Numbered from the stretch's first letter, positions 10,529 to 21,121 are shown. The stretch is 52,301 nt of DNA from a bacterium (GCA_021809895.1 JAJZJU010000003.1:1-52301); one strand, 5' to 3'. The notes: generated by a model from the letters alone, not told the origin. Program-made: numbers and translations.

Positions 10529-11794
10529 TCAATCCAGCAGGCCGGTCCGCCACTGCTGGGGCAGCAGACCGGGGTCGGTGAATGCGACCGACTCCATGCC
10601 GACCGCCCTAGCCAGCGAGAGCAGCGCGGCGCGGATCGCTGGGGCCCGGCCGGAGTCGGCCGGGCAACCAGGCTCCCGGTGCACCGAGGCCACCTCAAGT
10701 CGACCGCTGAGGGAGTTGCGACGGCAGTCCAGCCGACCCACCAGGCGGTCCCCGGCGAGGATGGGTAGCACATAGTAGCCGTACCGGCGCCGCGTGGGAG
10801 GGACGTAGATCTCCATCCGGTAGTGGAACTGGAAGATGAGCTCGGTGCGTCGCCGGTCGATGATCAGGTTGTCGAAGGGGGACAGCAGGGTGGTCCTGCC
10901 CTGCCAGCTCTGCAGAGCGCCACTCTCCCATTCGCTCAGAGCTGTCTGCGAGACCAGCCACGGTCCCGGGATCAGCCCGTCGCGGCTGCGGACCGTGACC
11001 TCTTGGGCCAGGCCCAGCCGCAGCAGCTCGGCGACAAATACCTCGATCCCTGACGGAGCACCGCCATTCAGATGCCTGGCGACCTGCCTGGGTGTCGCCA
11101 CTCCCTGGGCCTCCAGCGAGCGACGGGCGAGCTCGAGAACCGCCTGGCGCCTGCTGACGCGCGGTGCGGCGGTGGCCGCCGGCAGGGAGCGTTCCATGAG
11201 ATCCCAGAGTCGTCCTCGGGCATCTCGGCCCGCTACCGCCACCAGGCCCTGGAACCAAAGCACCTCCAGCATCCGCTGGTGATCTGTGAGACCCGCCCAT
11301 CCGGATCCGTCCCGGGGCCGGGTGGACGAGTCGCCGATGGCGCTCGTGGGCATGGGTCCGGACAGGGCCAGACGCCGCAACAGGTGGCGTCTCAGCTGCT
11401 GATGGTCGACGATCCAGGACGCCATCCCCGCTCCGTACGCGGGTGGCCGCTGCCGGTAGTGCCGCATCCGCCATAGATGGAGCGGAAAATCGGAGCTGGG
11501 GAGAACGGCGGCCGCGTGGGCCCAGTACTCGAAGAGTTCACGGTCCTGCCACAGGGCACGGTCCACGGCCGCACGATCCAGGCATCCAAGGCGGCTCCAC
11601 AGCACCAGCTCATGGCTCTGGGCCACCACGTTGAGCGGATCGCGCTGCACATAACCCAAGCGGCGGATAAGGTCGACCACAGACTTCGGTGTCATCGGGG
11701 CCACCACCTGCGCGAGCGCTCCCAGCAGCTGCGCATCCACCGCGATGCGGCGGATGTCGCCCAGGGTCAGCTCGGGAAGTTTGGGACTGACCAT
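10529..11794 (-). CDS. YcaQ/AlkZ-family winged-helix crosslink-repair DNA glycosylase
   Basis: LGYVQRDPLNVVAQSHELVLWSRLG, LFEYWAH, LLSPFDNL, YRMEIYVP..RRYGYYVLPIL. Confidence 0.85.
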   Translation of the reverse strand: MVSPKLPELTLGDIRRIAVDAQLLGALAQVVAPMTPKSVVDLIRRLGYVQRDPLNVVAQSHELVLWSRLGCLDRAAVDRALWQDRELFEYWAHAAAVLPSSDFPLHLWRMRHYRQRPPAYGAGMASWIVDHQQLRRHLLRRLALSGPMPTSAIGDSSTRPRDGSGWAGLTDHQRMLEVLWFQGLVAVAGRDARGRLWDLMERSLPAATAAPRVSRRQAVLELARRSLEAQGVATPRQVARHLNGGAPSGIEVFVAELLRLGLAQEVTVRSRDGLIPGPWLVSQTALSEWESGALQSWQGRTTLLSPFDNLIIDRRRTELIFQFHYRMEIYVPPTRRRYGYYVLPILAGDRLVGRLDCRRNSLSGRLEVASVHREPGCPADSGRAPAIRAALLSLARAVGMESVAFTDPGLLPQQWRTGLLD

Positions 11795-11825
11795 GGCAGG
11801 GCTGACCTACCTGGAGGCTGACGCG

Positions 11826-12758
11826 TCAGCCCAGACACGCTCGCCGGGCGGCCTCCCACCAGCCCGATCCGTCAAGTCCTCTGAGCTCCGCCTCGGAAGC
11901 CTCCCGGGCGGCCTGGTGCTCCAGCTCAACCCTGACAGTGAGCCGGCGCAGGGCCGGACGGAGGTCGTGGCGCCCGCGGCGAGAGATTTCGTCCATCCAC
12001 TCCACCAGTATCGCGAGGTCGTGGAACCGCCCCAGCATGGACTGAAGCCGGCGCAGCTCTTCGACAACCCGCCGGTGCTCATCTGACAGCGCGGGCCCGA
12101 AGAGCTCAAGACGGTAGCGCAGCCGCCTGGTGCGGATACGGCGACGGTGCAGATCCCGCTCGCTCTCCTGGGGGATGGCCGCCCGTTCGAAGAGCCGCGG
12201 CAACTCCTGATCGGCGACCTCCCGCGCCCGCTTCCGGCTGCTCCGATTGTCCAGGACCTCAAAGCCGGACGCCAGGCGTCCGAGGCGGGGCAGGGAGCGG
12301 CCGCTCAGGAAAACCTCTCGCTGAGTGGTCATCTCCGCCGCCACCGCGTCCGCCAGCCAGCCGCGGGCCATTGCCTCCAGCCCCCGCAGGCCGGCCACGG
12401 GCCCGGTCGCACCCGGCAGCACCGATGATCCGTAGACCGCCGCGGCCCTGGGATCGTCGCGACGATCCCAGGAGACCGCCACCGGGCCCAGCACCGAGGC
12501 CAAGAGCTCGTACCGGGCCTCGGCATCCCGGAGCGGGCCCAGGTCCCTTTCGGCGGTGCGCAGCCGAGGTGCGCGCCCCTGGTCTTTGGGTCGCAGGCAT
12601 GGGGAGAGCGCCGCAATGGCCTCTCGCAAACGGCGGAGCGCGACTCTGGTGTCATGGACCGCCTCTTGGTCGCCGGCCAAGGGGAGGCGGGCGGTTGCCC
12701 AACGCAGCGCCTGAACTCGGTCTTCCAGGGCTGCGCCGGCCAGCTCCGCGTAGGTCAT
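11826..12758 (-). CDS. CHAD domain (polyphosphate-binding) protein
   Basis: EAVHDTRVALRRLR, LGPLRDAE, LHRRRIRTRRLRYRLE, LQSMLGRFHD; ATG at 12758. Confidence 0.88.
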   Translation of the reverse strand: MTYAELAGAALEDRVQALRWATARLPLAGDQEAVHDTRVALRRLREAIAALSPCLRPKDQGRAPRLRTAERDLGPLRDAEARYELLASVLGPVAVSWDRRDDPRAAAVYGSSVLPGATGPVAGLRGLEAMARGWLADAVAAEMTTQREVFLSGRSLPRLGRLASGFEVLDNRSSRKRAREVADQELPRLFERAAIPQESERDLHRRRIRTRRLRYRLELFGPALSDEHRRVVEELRRLQSMLGRFHDLAILVEWMDEISRRGRHDLRPALRRLTVRVELEHQAAREASEAELRGLDGSGWWEAARRACLG

Positions 12759-12762
12759 CCCG

Positions 12763-13737
12763 TCAGAGCTGGACAAGCTCTGCCTCCTCGGCGACGGGCG
12801 GGGTCCCCTCCACGGGCGCCAGCGGGCGCCACCAGTCGTCGCCTCGCTCCAGAATCCCCGCCACCATCCCGTCTCTGAGCCCACGCTCCGAGCAACGGAT
12901 CCGGGCCAGACCGAGAAGGTCCATGAGGTGCGCCAGGATGAGCGCCCCACCGCGGCAGAGGCGGACCCGCTCCAGATCCATGCCTGTCCGAGAGGCGACC
13001 TCCCAGACGGGACGCTCACGGAACACCTCGATCACCTCCTCCACGTCCCGCAGGCGCAGGGAAGAGCCCTTTTCACGCCCGATCAGGCGGGGCAGGTTGG
13101 TGATGGTGCCGCCGGTCCCCAGGGCCAGGGTCCGTGGCGGCGGTGGTACCAGATCGGGGATCAGCTCGCTGACCCTTCGCTGCATCGCCCGCCACTCCTC
13201 CGGGCTGGGTGGGTCTCCAACCGCCAGGGCCGCGATGGACCCGGACCCCAGAGGCAGGGAGTGGTCGGAGCAGACTCCTCCGGCCGGCCCCAGTGCCACC
13301 TGGGTGGAGGCGCCCCCGATGTCCAGGAGCAGGGTCAGGGTGCCCGGGGCGACACCCATGCCGGCGCCCGTGAAGGCGAGCTGGGCCTCCTCGGCGGCCG
13401 GCAGCACCACCACCTCAGGGATTCCTGCGCGCTCAGCCAGCAGCCGTGCGACCTCAGCCCCGTTGCCCGCAGCCCGCAGGGCCTGGGTCGCCCCCACGGC
13501 CAGGCTCCGCGCCCCCCGGCGGCGCGCCTCCGCGACCTGCCCCGAGAGTGTGCTCGCGGCCAACTCCAAGCGTTCGGGGCCGATCCTCCCGCTGCTGGCC
13601 ACATCCAGGCCCAACTGAACGAACTCCCGGCGCCGGAACAGGTGGCGGGGGGCGCTCTCCGGTCTACAGCCGGCCAGGAGCAGATGGATGGTGTTGCTGC
13701 CGACATCGATGGCGGCGAGCCGGGGCGCCCTGCTCAC
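12763..13737 (-). CDS. ppx: Ppx/GppA exopolyphosphatase (short form)
   Basis: AAIDVGSNTIHL, ATQALRAAGNG, EEAQLAF, LDIGGASTQ, GTGGT, SERGLRDG; GTG at 13737. Confidence 0.9.
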   Translation of the reverse strand: MSRAPRLAAIDVGSNTIHLLLAGCRPESAPRHLFRRREFVQLGLDVASSGRIGPERLELAASTLSGQVAEARRRGARSLAVGATQALRAAGNGAEVARLLAERAGIPEVVVLPAAEEAQLAFTGAGMGVAPGTLTLLLDIGGASTQVALGPAGGVCSDHSLPLGSGSIAALAVGDPPSPEEWRAMQRRVSELIPDLVPPPPRTLALGTGGTITNLPRLIGREKGSSLRLRDVEEVIEVFRERPVWEVASRTGMDLERVRLCRGGALILAHLMDLLGLARIRCSERGLRDGMVAGILERGDDWWRPLAPVEGTPPVAEEAELVQL

Positions 13738-13859
13738 GGCGCCGCGGCGACCGAACGGCAAGCGCTCACGATCACATCGTATCGTCGCCGTGCGACGCCA
13801 AGACGCTCCAGATCCAGATCGCCCAGGATCGGCGCTCGGCACGCCTATACTTCGCGGCA

Positions 13860-14366
13860 GTGCCCACCTTGCACCTGGTGCGCCATGGGGTGGCGCTGGA
13901 CCGTGGGGCCTGGCCCGGCAGCGACCAGAGCCGGCCGCTGACCGAGTTCGGCTGGCGCCAGAGCCTGGCCATCTCCTGCGTTTTGGCCGAGCAGGCAGTC
14001 CAGCTCTTCTGCAGCAGTCCCACCGTCCGCTGCTGCGACACCCTGATGCCGGCGGCTCACAGCCGCGGACTGGAGGTCACACCGCTCTCATTGCTCTTCG
14101 AGAGCAATGAGCCCCAGAGCCCCGAGGAGGCTGTGGGGCTCCTCCAGCGGATAGTCTCCACCTGTCTAGTCGGCGGAGTGGAAGTGGCCGCCGCGGCCAC
14201 CCACGGCAACATCCTGCTGCCCTTGCTGACCCATGCGCCGGGCGGCGGCCAGCAACGCTGTCCCAAGGGCGGGGTGTGGCGCCTGGAGCTCAGCCCTCGG
14301 CTGGACCCGCTCCACGTCGAGTTTCAGGGCTACCTGAACCCCAAAACCGGGGAGTGGGCCAGGTGA
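13860..14366 (+). CDS. Histidine phosphatase family protein (SixA-like)
   Basis: LHLVRHG, DQSRPLTEFG, SSPTVRCCDT, ATHG; GTG 8 nt after TATACT (13846-13851), possibly leaderless. Confidence 0.85.
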   Translation: MPTLHLVRHGVALDRGAWPGSDQSRPLTEFGWRQSLAISCVLAEQAVQLFCSSPTVRCCDTLMPAAHSRGLEVTPLSLLFESNEPQSPEEAVGLLQRIVSTCLVGGVEVAAAATHGNILLPLLTHAPGGGQQRCPKGGVWRLELSPRLDPLHVEFQGYLNPKTGEWAR

Positions 14367-15442
14367 CCCGTCCCGCAGAGAGTGGCCATGAGCGGCTGCG
14401 GACCGAGGTGCTGACCGCGATGGCGCGCCTGGGCACCGACGCGGGGCTGTTGCTCGACCGCAGCCGGCGGCTGCTCTGGGCCAGCCCCAACGCCCCCGAG
14501 CTCCTGGCCAAAAGCGTCCCCCCCAGGGAGCCGGTCGCTCCTCCTCTCGAGGCCGGGAGCCCGCTGGCTCTGATCCTTGATGACCCCAGAGCCGCGGAGC
14601 TGGTGGGGATCGCCTTCGAGCAGGGGGAGATCCAGCGTTCGGAGATCACCCACGACGGCTGGCGGCGGGTCCTGCGCGCGGTGGCGGCGCCGATGGGCTC
14701 CGGTCCCGCCCCGACTGTCCTTCTGATCCTGAGTGACATCACCCACGAGCGCCGGCTCAACCGCGCCCACCAGGACCTCCTGGCCAACCTGTCCCACGAC
14801 CTGCGCACCCCACTCGCCAGCCTCACCCTGCTGGCTGACACCCTCACCGGAGAGGCGCGCGGCGACCCCGAGGCAACCCAGGAGTTCGCCTCGCGGATCG
14901 CCACCGAGGCGGCCCACATGCACTCGCTGTTGTCGGGGATCCTGGACCTGGCCCGGCTGGAGGCGGGCGCAGAGCGAGCAAACCTGGAGGCGGTTGACCT
15001 CTTGAAGCTGGTCCGCCGCGTCTGCGAGGGACTCGGCCCCCAGGCCAAGGAGCGGCGCCAGACCCTTCAGTGTTCCGGGGAGCCGGTTGTCGCCCGCGCC
15101 GACTCGGAACGGCTGGAGCGGGCGCTTTCCAACGTCCTCGACAACGCTATCAAGTTCACCGGCGAGGGTGGCCGGATCACGGTCACGGTCGCGATGGCGG
15201 GCGCCTGCCCAACCGTGGCGGTGCGCGACACCGGCAGCGGCATACCGGCGTCGGCGCTGCCGCTTATCTTCGACCGCTTCTACACCGGCGATCGCTCCCG
15301 CTCCGGCTCCGGCAGCGGCCTGGGGCTGGCCATCGCCCGCCAGGCGGTCGAGCTCCAGGGCGGCAGGATCGAGGTCAGCAGCCATCCGGGAGCCGGCACC
15401 GAGGTTCGGATCCAGCTGTGCCCTCCCGATCCGGCCGTCTGA
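14363..15442 (+). CDS. phoR: PhoR-like sensor histidine kinase (no obvious TM segment)
   Basis: H-box LSHDLRTPL, N-box NVLDNAIKF, G1 VRDTGSGI, F IFDRFY, G2 GSGLGLAI; adjacent to phoU. Confidence 0.85.
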   Translation: MTRPAESGHERLRTEVLTAMARLGTDAGLLLDRSRRLLWASPNAPELLAKSVPPREPVAPPLEAGSPLALILDDPRAAELVGIAFEQGEIQRSEITHDGWRRVLRAVAAPMGSGPAPTVLLILSDITHERRLNRAHQDLLANLSHDLRTPLASLTLLADTLTGEARGDPEATQEFASRIATEAAHMHSLLSGILDLARLEAGAERANLEAVDLLKLVRRVCEGLGPQAKERRQTLQCSGEPVVARADSERLERALSNVLDNAIKFTGEGGRITVTVAMAGACPTVAVRDTGSGIPASALPLIFDRFYTGDRSRSGSGSGLGLAIARQAVELQGGRIEVSSHPGAGTEVRIQLCPPDPAV

Positions 15443-15465
15443 TGCGCGTCCTCTAAGATCGCAAG

Positions 15466-16131
15466 ATGGCGAGCGTTCCACGGCCCCCTGACCTGGCCGC
15501 CGAGGTGGCAGCCCGTCGCGACGGGGTGCGTCTGCTGGGCGGGCTGGTCGCCGAAGGGGTTGCGGGCGCGATGGGAGGTCTCGAGGATCGCGACGGCGAC
15601 CGCCTCCGCAAGGTCGTCTCTGGTGACCTGGAGATAAACGAGCGCCACCGCCTGGAGCGAGAGCGCGGGATCCAGGTCCTGGAGGAGCTGCACCCGACCG
15701 GGCCCGACCTCCATGCCATCTTCGGCCTTCTTCTGATCGCTTCAGAGCTCGAGCGGATGGGCGACCACGCCAAGAGCTGCGCCCGGTATGCCCTGCCCCT
15801 GATCGAGCTCTCCTCGCGGCCGCGCATGGACGCCGTGATCCGGCTGGGGAGGTATGTGGAGGAGCAGGTGCGCGACATCATGGAGACGATCACCGCCACC
15901 GATGTCCGCCGGGCCCAGGACATCGCCGCTCGTGACGATCGGATCGACCGCATCTACCACCGCGTCTTCGACGACATGGTGGAGACCATGCGCGAGCATC
16001 CGGACTGGGCATATCCCGCCACCAACCTGCTCTTCATCGCCCACAACCTGGAGCGGATCGCCGACCGCGTCACCAACATCGCCGAGGATGTCGTCTTTCT
16101 GGAGACCGGCCAGCTGGTGGAGCTGGGCTGA
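15466..16131 (+). CDS. phoU: Phosphate signalling complex protein PhoU
   Basis: ELERMGDHAK, DDRIDRIY, NLERIADRVTNIAEDV. Confidence 0.92.
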   Translation: MASVPRPPDLAAEVAARRDGVRLLGGLVAEGVAGAMGGLEDRDGDRLRKVVSGDLEINERHRLERERGIQVLEELHPTGPDLHAIFGLLLIASELERMGDHAKSCARYALPLIELSSRPRMDAVIRLGRYVEEQVRDIMETITATDVRRAQDIAARDDRIDRIYHRVFDDMVETMREHPDWAYPATNLLFIAHNLERIADRVTNIAEDVVFLETGQLVELG

Positions 16132-16133
16132 CC

Positions 16134-16874
16134 TTGAGCTCCCCCGAGCCGGGCCAGGGGCACGGGCGTCGCGTGCTGCTGGTGGAGGACGAGGAGGCGG
16201 TGCGCATGACCCTGCGCTACAACCTGGCGGCGCAGGGGTACGTGGTCTCGGAGGCCAGCTCCGGCACCGCCGGGCTGGCCCTGGCCAGGTCCCGGAGCCC
16301 TGACCTGGTGGTGCTCGACCTCATGCTCCCGGAGCTCTCCGGCGAGGAGGTGTGCCGGGCCATCCGCCAGGAGTCGGACGTGCCCATCCTGATGCTGACC
16401 GCCCGTGGGGCCGAGAGCGACAAGGTGACAGGGCTCGGACTGGGCGCCGACGACTACATGACCAAGCCGTTTGGGGTGAAGGAGTTCATGGCCCGGGTCG
16501 CAGCCCTGCTGCGGCGCTCTGAACGCCCCCCCCAGGCGCCGCCCCAGGGCCAGCTGATCCGGGTCGGCAACTTCACAGCCGACGCGGATTCGCGCCGGGT
16601 CATGGTCGACAGGCAGGAGGTGAAGATGAGTCCCAAGGAGTTCAGCCTCCTCTTCTTCCTGCTGACCCACCACGGCCGGGTGCACAGCCGGGACTCACTG
16701 CTGCGGGCGGTCTGGGGCGCCGACTTCCACGGTGACAGCAAGACCGTGGCGGTTCACATCAGATGGATCCGGGAGAAGTTCGAGGCATTTCCCAGCCTGC
16801 CATTCCGCGTCAACACCGTCTTTGGCGTCGGGTACCGGGTTGACCTGGCCCCGGGCGAAACCCTGCAGCCATGA
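16134..16874 (+). CDS. OmpR/PhoB-family response regulator
   Basis: VLLVEDE, PDLVVLDLMLP, GADDYMTKPF, wHTH KTVAVHIRWIREK...TVFGVGYR. Confidence 0.92.
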   Translation: MSSPEPGQGHGRRVLLVEDEEAVRMTLRYNLAAQGYVVSEASSGTAGLALARSRSPDLVVLDLMLPELSGEEVCRAIRQESDVPILMLTARGAESDKVTGLGLGADDYMTKPFGVKEFMARVAALLRRSERPPQAPPQGQLIRVGNFTADADSRRVMVDRQEVKMSPKEFSLLFFLLTHHGRVHSRDSLLRAVWGADFHGDSKTVAVHIRWIREKFEAFPSLPFRVNTVFGVGYRVDLAPGETLQP

Positions 16875-17812
16875 CCGCGGCTGCGCCCTCCGGGTCCGCC
16901 ATCTCGCTGGTCGGAGTCTCCAAGTCCTACGGGGATAGGGTCGTGGTGGCGGACTTGAGCCTAGAAGTGGAGATAGGGGAGCTGGTGGCGGTGGTCGGCC
17001 CCAACGGAGCCGGCAAGACCACCACGATCGAGATGATCGAGGGATACCGTCGTCCCGATCGAGGCACGATCAGGGTTCTGCAGTGCGATCCCGCCGGGGA
17101 TACCGGGCGGGTCCGGCCGCTGGTCGGGCTGATGCTGCAAGAGGGAGGCATCTACCCCACCATCAAGGTGGGCGAGGTGATGCGGCTCTTCTCGTCCTAC
17201 TTCCAAGACCCGGAGCCAGGGGAGGCGCTGCTGGAGCGGGTGGGATTGCTGGAGAAGGCCGACCGCCGCTTCCGCCAGCTGTCGGGAGGTGAGCAGCAGA
17301 GGCTGTCCCTGGCGCTGGCCCTGGTCGGTCGCCCCCGGATCCTCTTTCTGGACGAACCGACTGCGGGGATGGACCCCCGGGCCCGGCTGCTCACCTGGGA
17401 GATCGTGAAGGAGAATCAGGCACAGGGGGTGACCGTGGTCCTGACCACCCACTCGATGGAGGAGGCCGAGCGACTGGCCGACCGCGTGGCGATTCTCAAG
17501 GATGGAGCCCTGATCGCCTTTGACTCGCCGGAGCGCCTCCGAGGTGGCTCCGGCCCCGACCTGCTCCACGTCGAGCTCACTGAGCCGCTGACCCCCGACC
17601 AGCTGGACGTGGTGGCGCATCTGACCGGCGTCGATCACGTCCAGGATCGCGGCCGCGGAAGTTACGACCTCGCCACCTCTGAGCCCGCCGTGGTGGCGGT
17701 CGGGCTCACCTCCTGGCTGCTGGAGCGGGAGCTCTCCTTCAACCAGATCCGAATCGGACGGTCGTCGCTGGAGGAGGTGTTCCTGAGCCTCACCGAGGAG
17801 GCAGCAGAATGA
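16871..17812 (+). CDS. ABC-2 type exporter ATP-binding protein
   Basis: GPNGAGKTT, LSGGEQQRL, ILFLDEPTAGMDP, TTH. Confidence 0.92.
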   Translation: MTAAAPSGSAISLVGVSKSYGDRVVVADLSLEVEIGELVAVVGPNGAGKTTTIEMIEGYRRPDRGTIRVLQCDPAGDTGRVRPLVGLMLQEGGIYPTIKVGEVMRLFSSYFQDPEPGEALLERVGLLEKADRRFRQLSGGEQQRLSLALALVGRPRILFLDEPTAGMDPRARLLTWEIVKENQAQGVTVVLTTHSMEEAERLADRVAILKDGALIAFDSPERLRGGSGPDLLHVELTEPLTPDQLDVVAHLTGVDHVQDRGRGSYDLATSEPAVVAVGLTSWLLERELSFNQIRIGRSSLEEVFLSLTEEAAE

Positions 17813-18579
17813 GCTCTCTCCCCCTTGGCACGAGGCGGGGCAGCCACGGCCCCCAGGCCAGAGCATTCTCAGCCCAGCTGCGGGTGGAGCTGCTGCTGCT
17901 CCTGCGCCAGCCCGAGAACCTGCTGGTGATCCTGGTGCTCCCGGTCTTGCTGCTGGTCTTCTTTGCGGGGATCAAGGTGCTGCCCTCGCAGAACGGCCCC
18001 CCGATCTACTTCCTGGTCCCGGGGATCCTGACCCTGGCCCTGATGTCGACGGGAATGGTGACCCTGGGAATCTCCACCGCTTACCAGCGCTACTACCGGG
18101 TCCTGAAGCGGCTGGGGGGGACTCCACTCAGACGAAGCACGCTGGTCCTGGCCAAGGCCGCCTCGGTGCTGCTGGTTGAGCTGGGCCAGGTGGCGCTGGT
18201 ATTGCTCATTGCTCACTTCGGCTTTCGCTGGGAGGGCAAGGGCGCCTGGTGGCTGCTCGGAATCCTCCTGCTGCTGGGAAGCTTCACCTTCGCTGCGATC
18301 GGCCTGACGATGGCCGGTGGGCTGCGAGCGGAGCTCACCCTGGGAGGGGCCAACGGGCTCTACATCCTCTTTCTGGTGGTCGGGGGGATCGCCCTTCCGA
18401 TTGGCCAGCTGCCCACACTCATCCAACCGATAGCGCGCGTGCTGCCCGCGGCCACCTTCAGCAGCTCTATGCGGGCTGTGATGGAGGGCCACGGCTTGCC
18501 ACTCCTGCCGTTCGCCCTCTGCCTCGCCTGGGCGGCGGTGTCGGGGCTGGCGGCGGTGACACTGTTCCGATGGGAATGA
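17809..18579 (+). CDS. ABC-2 type exporter permease
   Basis: About six hydrophobic segments, VLKRLGGTPL, C-terminal FRWE. Confidence 0.88.
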   Translation: MSSLPLGTRRGSHGPQARAFSAQLRVELLLLLRQPENLLVILVLPVLLLVFFAGIKVLPSQNGPPIYFLVPGILTLALMSTGMVTLGISTAYQRYYRVLKRLGGTPLRRSTLVLAKAASVLLVELGQVALVLLIAHFGFRWEGKGAWWLLGILLLLGSFTFAAIGLTMAGGLRAELTLGGANGLYILFLVVGGIALPIGQLPTLIQPIARVLPAATFSSSMRAVMEGHGLPLLPFALCLAWAAVSGLAAVTLFRWE

Positions 18580-18627
18580 TTCGGAAGGCCTGTCCACCCA
18601 CCACGCGGTGGTAGGGTTGAGCCCTAA

Positions 18628-19302
18628 GTGCTGGAGGTATTACGCCGCATGCTTGACACCACTCGCCGCACCGAGCTGCCGCCGCCTTCGAGAGCTCTGC
18701 CGGGACGCCAGGAGGCCATGCAAGTGGGGGCAGCGCACCCGGTTCTGGGCCAATCCCTGCAGCCGCCATTCCCTCCCGGGGTCGAGGTCGCCATCTTCGG
18801 GATGGGCTGCTTCTGGGGCGCCGAGCGCCGCTTCTGGCAGGTGCCTGGGGTGCACACCACCGCGGCCGGCTACAGCGGTGGGATCACCCCCAACCCGACC
18901 TACGAGGAGGTCTGCACCGGGATGACCGGCCACGCGGAGGTGGTGCTGGTCACCTTCCGGCGCCAGCGGGTGACCTATCAGGAGCTGCTTCGGGTCTTCT
19001 GGGAGTCTCATGACCCCACCCAGGGCATGCGCCAGGGCAATGACCTGGGCACCCAGTACCGATCGGCCATCTACTGCACGTCTCCAGAGCAGCTCGCGCT
19101 CGCCGAGGCATCGAGGGCCAGCTACCAAGAGCAGCTGGATGGGGCCGGGCTGGGGCGGATCACGACCGAGGTTCTGGAGTCGGGTCCCTTCTACTACGCG
19201 GAGCCCTACCACCAGCAGTACCTGCACAAGAACCCCAACGGCTACTGCGGGCTGCAGGGAACTGGAGTCGCCTGCGCGGTTGGGCTCGTCCCCGCCGGCT
19301 GA
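18628..19302 (+). CDS. msrA: Peptide-methionine (S)-S-oxide reductase
   Basis: [50 protein letters not shown]. The start may be ATG 18649. Confidence 0.95.
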   Translation: MLEVLRRMLDTTRRTELPPPSRALPGRQEAMQVGAAHPVLGQSLQPPFPPGVEVAIFGMGCFWGAERRFWQVPGVHTTAAGYSGGITPNPTYEEVCTGMTGHAEVVLVTFRRQRVTYQELLRVFWESHDPTQGMRQGNDLGTQYRSAIYCTSPEQLALAEASRASYQEQLDGAGLGRITTEVLESGPFYYAEPYHQQYLHKNPNGYCGLQGTGVACAVGLVPAG

Positions 19303-19306
19303 TCAC

Positions 19307-21121
19307 CTACGGCGCGGCCAGACGCTCCAGGGTGTACTGGTGGGCCGCCTCGATCAGCGCGCGGTAGCTGCGAAAGTCGAACGCCTTGGAGCCGCCGGTT
19401 GGAGGCCGCAGGAGCACATCGCCGGCATCCTCGTCCAGACGCCAGCGCCCGTCATGAGGGCCCCGCACCGCCTGGGAACGGGCCACCACCGCCGCCATCC
19501 TGGGCACCTGCAGGGACTCGCGCAGTGGGTTGATCTGATTCAGCAGCAACTTCCATCCTGAGATGGAGGGCTCGAACGGCCTGCCCACCTTGAGGTCGAT
19601 GGAGGGCTCCACGTCCACCGCGATCACCCGACCCCCCTGGAGCTGGTCATGCATGACGCCGATGGGAAGGTTGTCCAGGATGGCGCCGTCCACCAGCAGC
19701 TCGCCATCCTCGCACACCGGCGGCAGCAGGCCAGGGATGGAGGCGCTGGCGCGGGCGGCCCGCCAGATGGGACCCTCCTTGTGCACCTTGGGCGCGGCGG
19801 TGGTGAGGTTGGTCGAGACCAGAAAGAGCGGCAACCAGCAATCCTCGATCCTGAGGTCCCCGAACGCCTGGGGTGACCGGAGCGCCTCGGTCACGGTGCG
19901 GCCCGATGACAGTGCTGCGATCGGCAGGGTCATGCGGAAGAGCCGGCGTGGGCCGGCCAGGCCATGCTCGAGGATGCGCTCCCTTTGCTCAGCCTCTGGG
20001 AAGATCGCAAAGGCCGCCGCCATCACCCCTCCGATGCTGGTGCCGCCCACCGCGTCCACCGCAATCCCCAGCTCCTCCAAACCGCGGAGGACACCGAGAT
20101 GGGCCCAGCCGCGAGCGGCGCCACCGCCGAGGACGACCCCGGTGCCCCGACCGGTCAGGAGACGGGCCACCCGGTCGAAGTCGCTCTGGCGATCACCGCG
20201 AACGTGGTGGTGAGCGGAGACCCCGAGCCGTCGCAGCAGTGGCGCGCAACCTGACGGGCGGCTGGTCGCTTCGGGATGGACGATCAGGAGCTCGCGGCGC
20301 ACCGGCAGCGACGCTGGGCCGGCCGGATCGCCTCCCACATCCGTAGATCCGGAGCCCTCGTGGACCAGCAGTATCCGATCCGCCTGCCTGGCGCAGCGAG
20401 CGCTCCACTCGTTTGAGCGCGGGTCGGCAACGTAGAGCACGAACCGGGAGTTGGCCTCCAGGTTGTTGAGCCATCTGACCAGACGGCTGCCGCCACCAGC
20501 CGGGGACGGCTCCTCGTTCGGCTCTTCCCCCAGGAACTCCTCCACCCTGCCCAGGTCGAGCAGCTCGCAGCCGCCCAGCCGGGAGAGCCCCCGACACATG
20601 GCCTCTGCCACAGCGGTGGGGACCGGCACCCCTCCCAGCGGGATGAGCGCTATCGTGCGCACGCTCTGAGCCGGCCGCAAGGGGCGGCTCTCCCGCAGCC
20701 GGTCCACGATGAGCCCCGCCAGACCTCCCATCAGCCCGGGTTCGCGGACGGCGGCCCGGCTGAGCTCGGCGGAGCCGATGCGGACCAGCTCCGTGTCGCG
20801 CACGGCGCGCACCGTCGCGGTTCTGGGCCGCCTTGCAATCAACGCTATCTCCCCCACCAGCTCTCCCGGCCCCACCTCCCCCACCATCACCTCCTCGCCC
20901 TCGACCGTGCGCGTCACCTGCAGGCGACCGCCGGCCACCACGAAGGCGGCATCCCCGGGATCCCCCTCGTGCATGAGGACCGAGCCACCCTTGGTGGTAA
21001 CCCAGCTACCAGCTTCCGCCAGGGCGGCAAGCTGCGCCTCGTCTAGCGCGGCGAGCACCTGGCAACGCCTGAGGCAGGCGGCTATGTCGTGGGGGTCACC
21101 GGGGCCCGAGGGCGAATCCAA
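19307..21121 (-). CDS. Cyclic-nucleotide-binding domain + patatin-like phospholipase (NTE family)
   Basis: CNB domain (EGDPGDAAFVVAGG...GEIAL..RPRTATVRA); patatin GGGAARGWAHLG, GTSIG, DGA. Confidence 0.9.
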   Translation of the reverse strand: MDSPSGPGDPHDIAACLRRCQVLAALDEAQLAALAEAGSWVTTKGGSVLMHEGDPGDAAFVVAGGRLQVTRTVEGEEVMVGEVGPGELVGEIALIARRPRTATVRAVRDTELVRIGSAELSRAAVREPGLMGGLAGLIVDRLRESRPLRPAQSVRTIALIPLGGVPVPTAVAEAMCRGLSRLGGCELLDLGRVEEFLGEEPNEEPSPAGGGSRLVRWLNNLEANSRFVLYVADPRSNEWSARCARQADRILLVHEGSGSTDVGGDPAGPASLPVRRELLIVHPEATSRPSGCAPLLRRLGVSAHHHVRGDRQSDFDRVARLLTGRGTGVVLGGGAARGWAHLGVLRGLEELGIAVDAVGGTSIGGVMAAAFAIFPEAEQRERILEHGLAGPRRLFRMTLPIAALSSGRTVTEALRSPQAFGDLRIEDCWLPLFLVSTNLTTAAPKVHKEGPIWRAARASASIPGLLPPVCEDGELLVDGAILDNLPIGVMHDQLQGGRVIAVDVEPSIDLKVGRPFEPSISGWKLLLNQINPLRESLQVPRMAAVVARSQAVRGPHDGRWRLDEDAGDVLLRPPTGGSKAFDFRSYRALIEAAHQYTLERLAAP

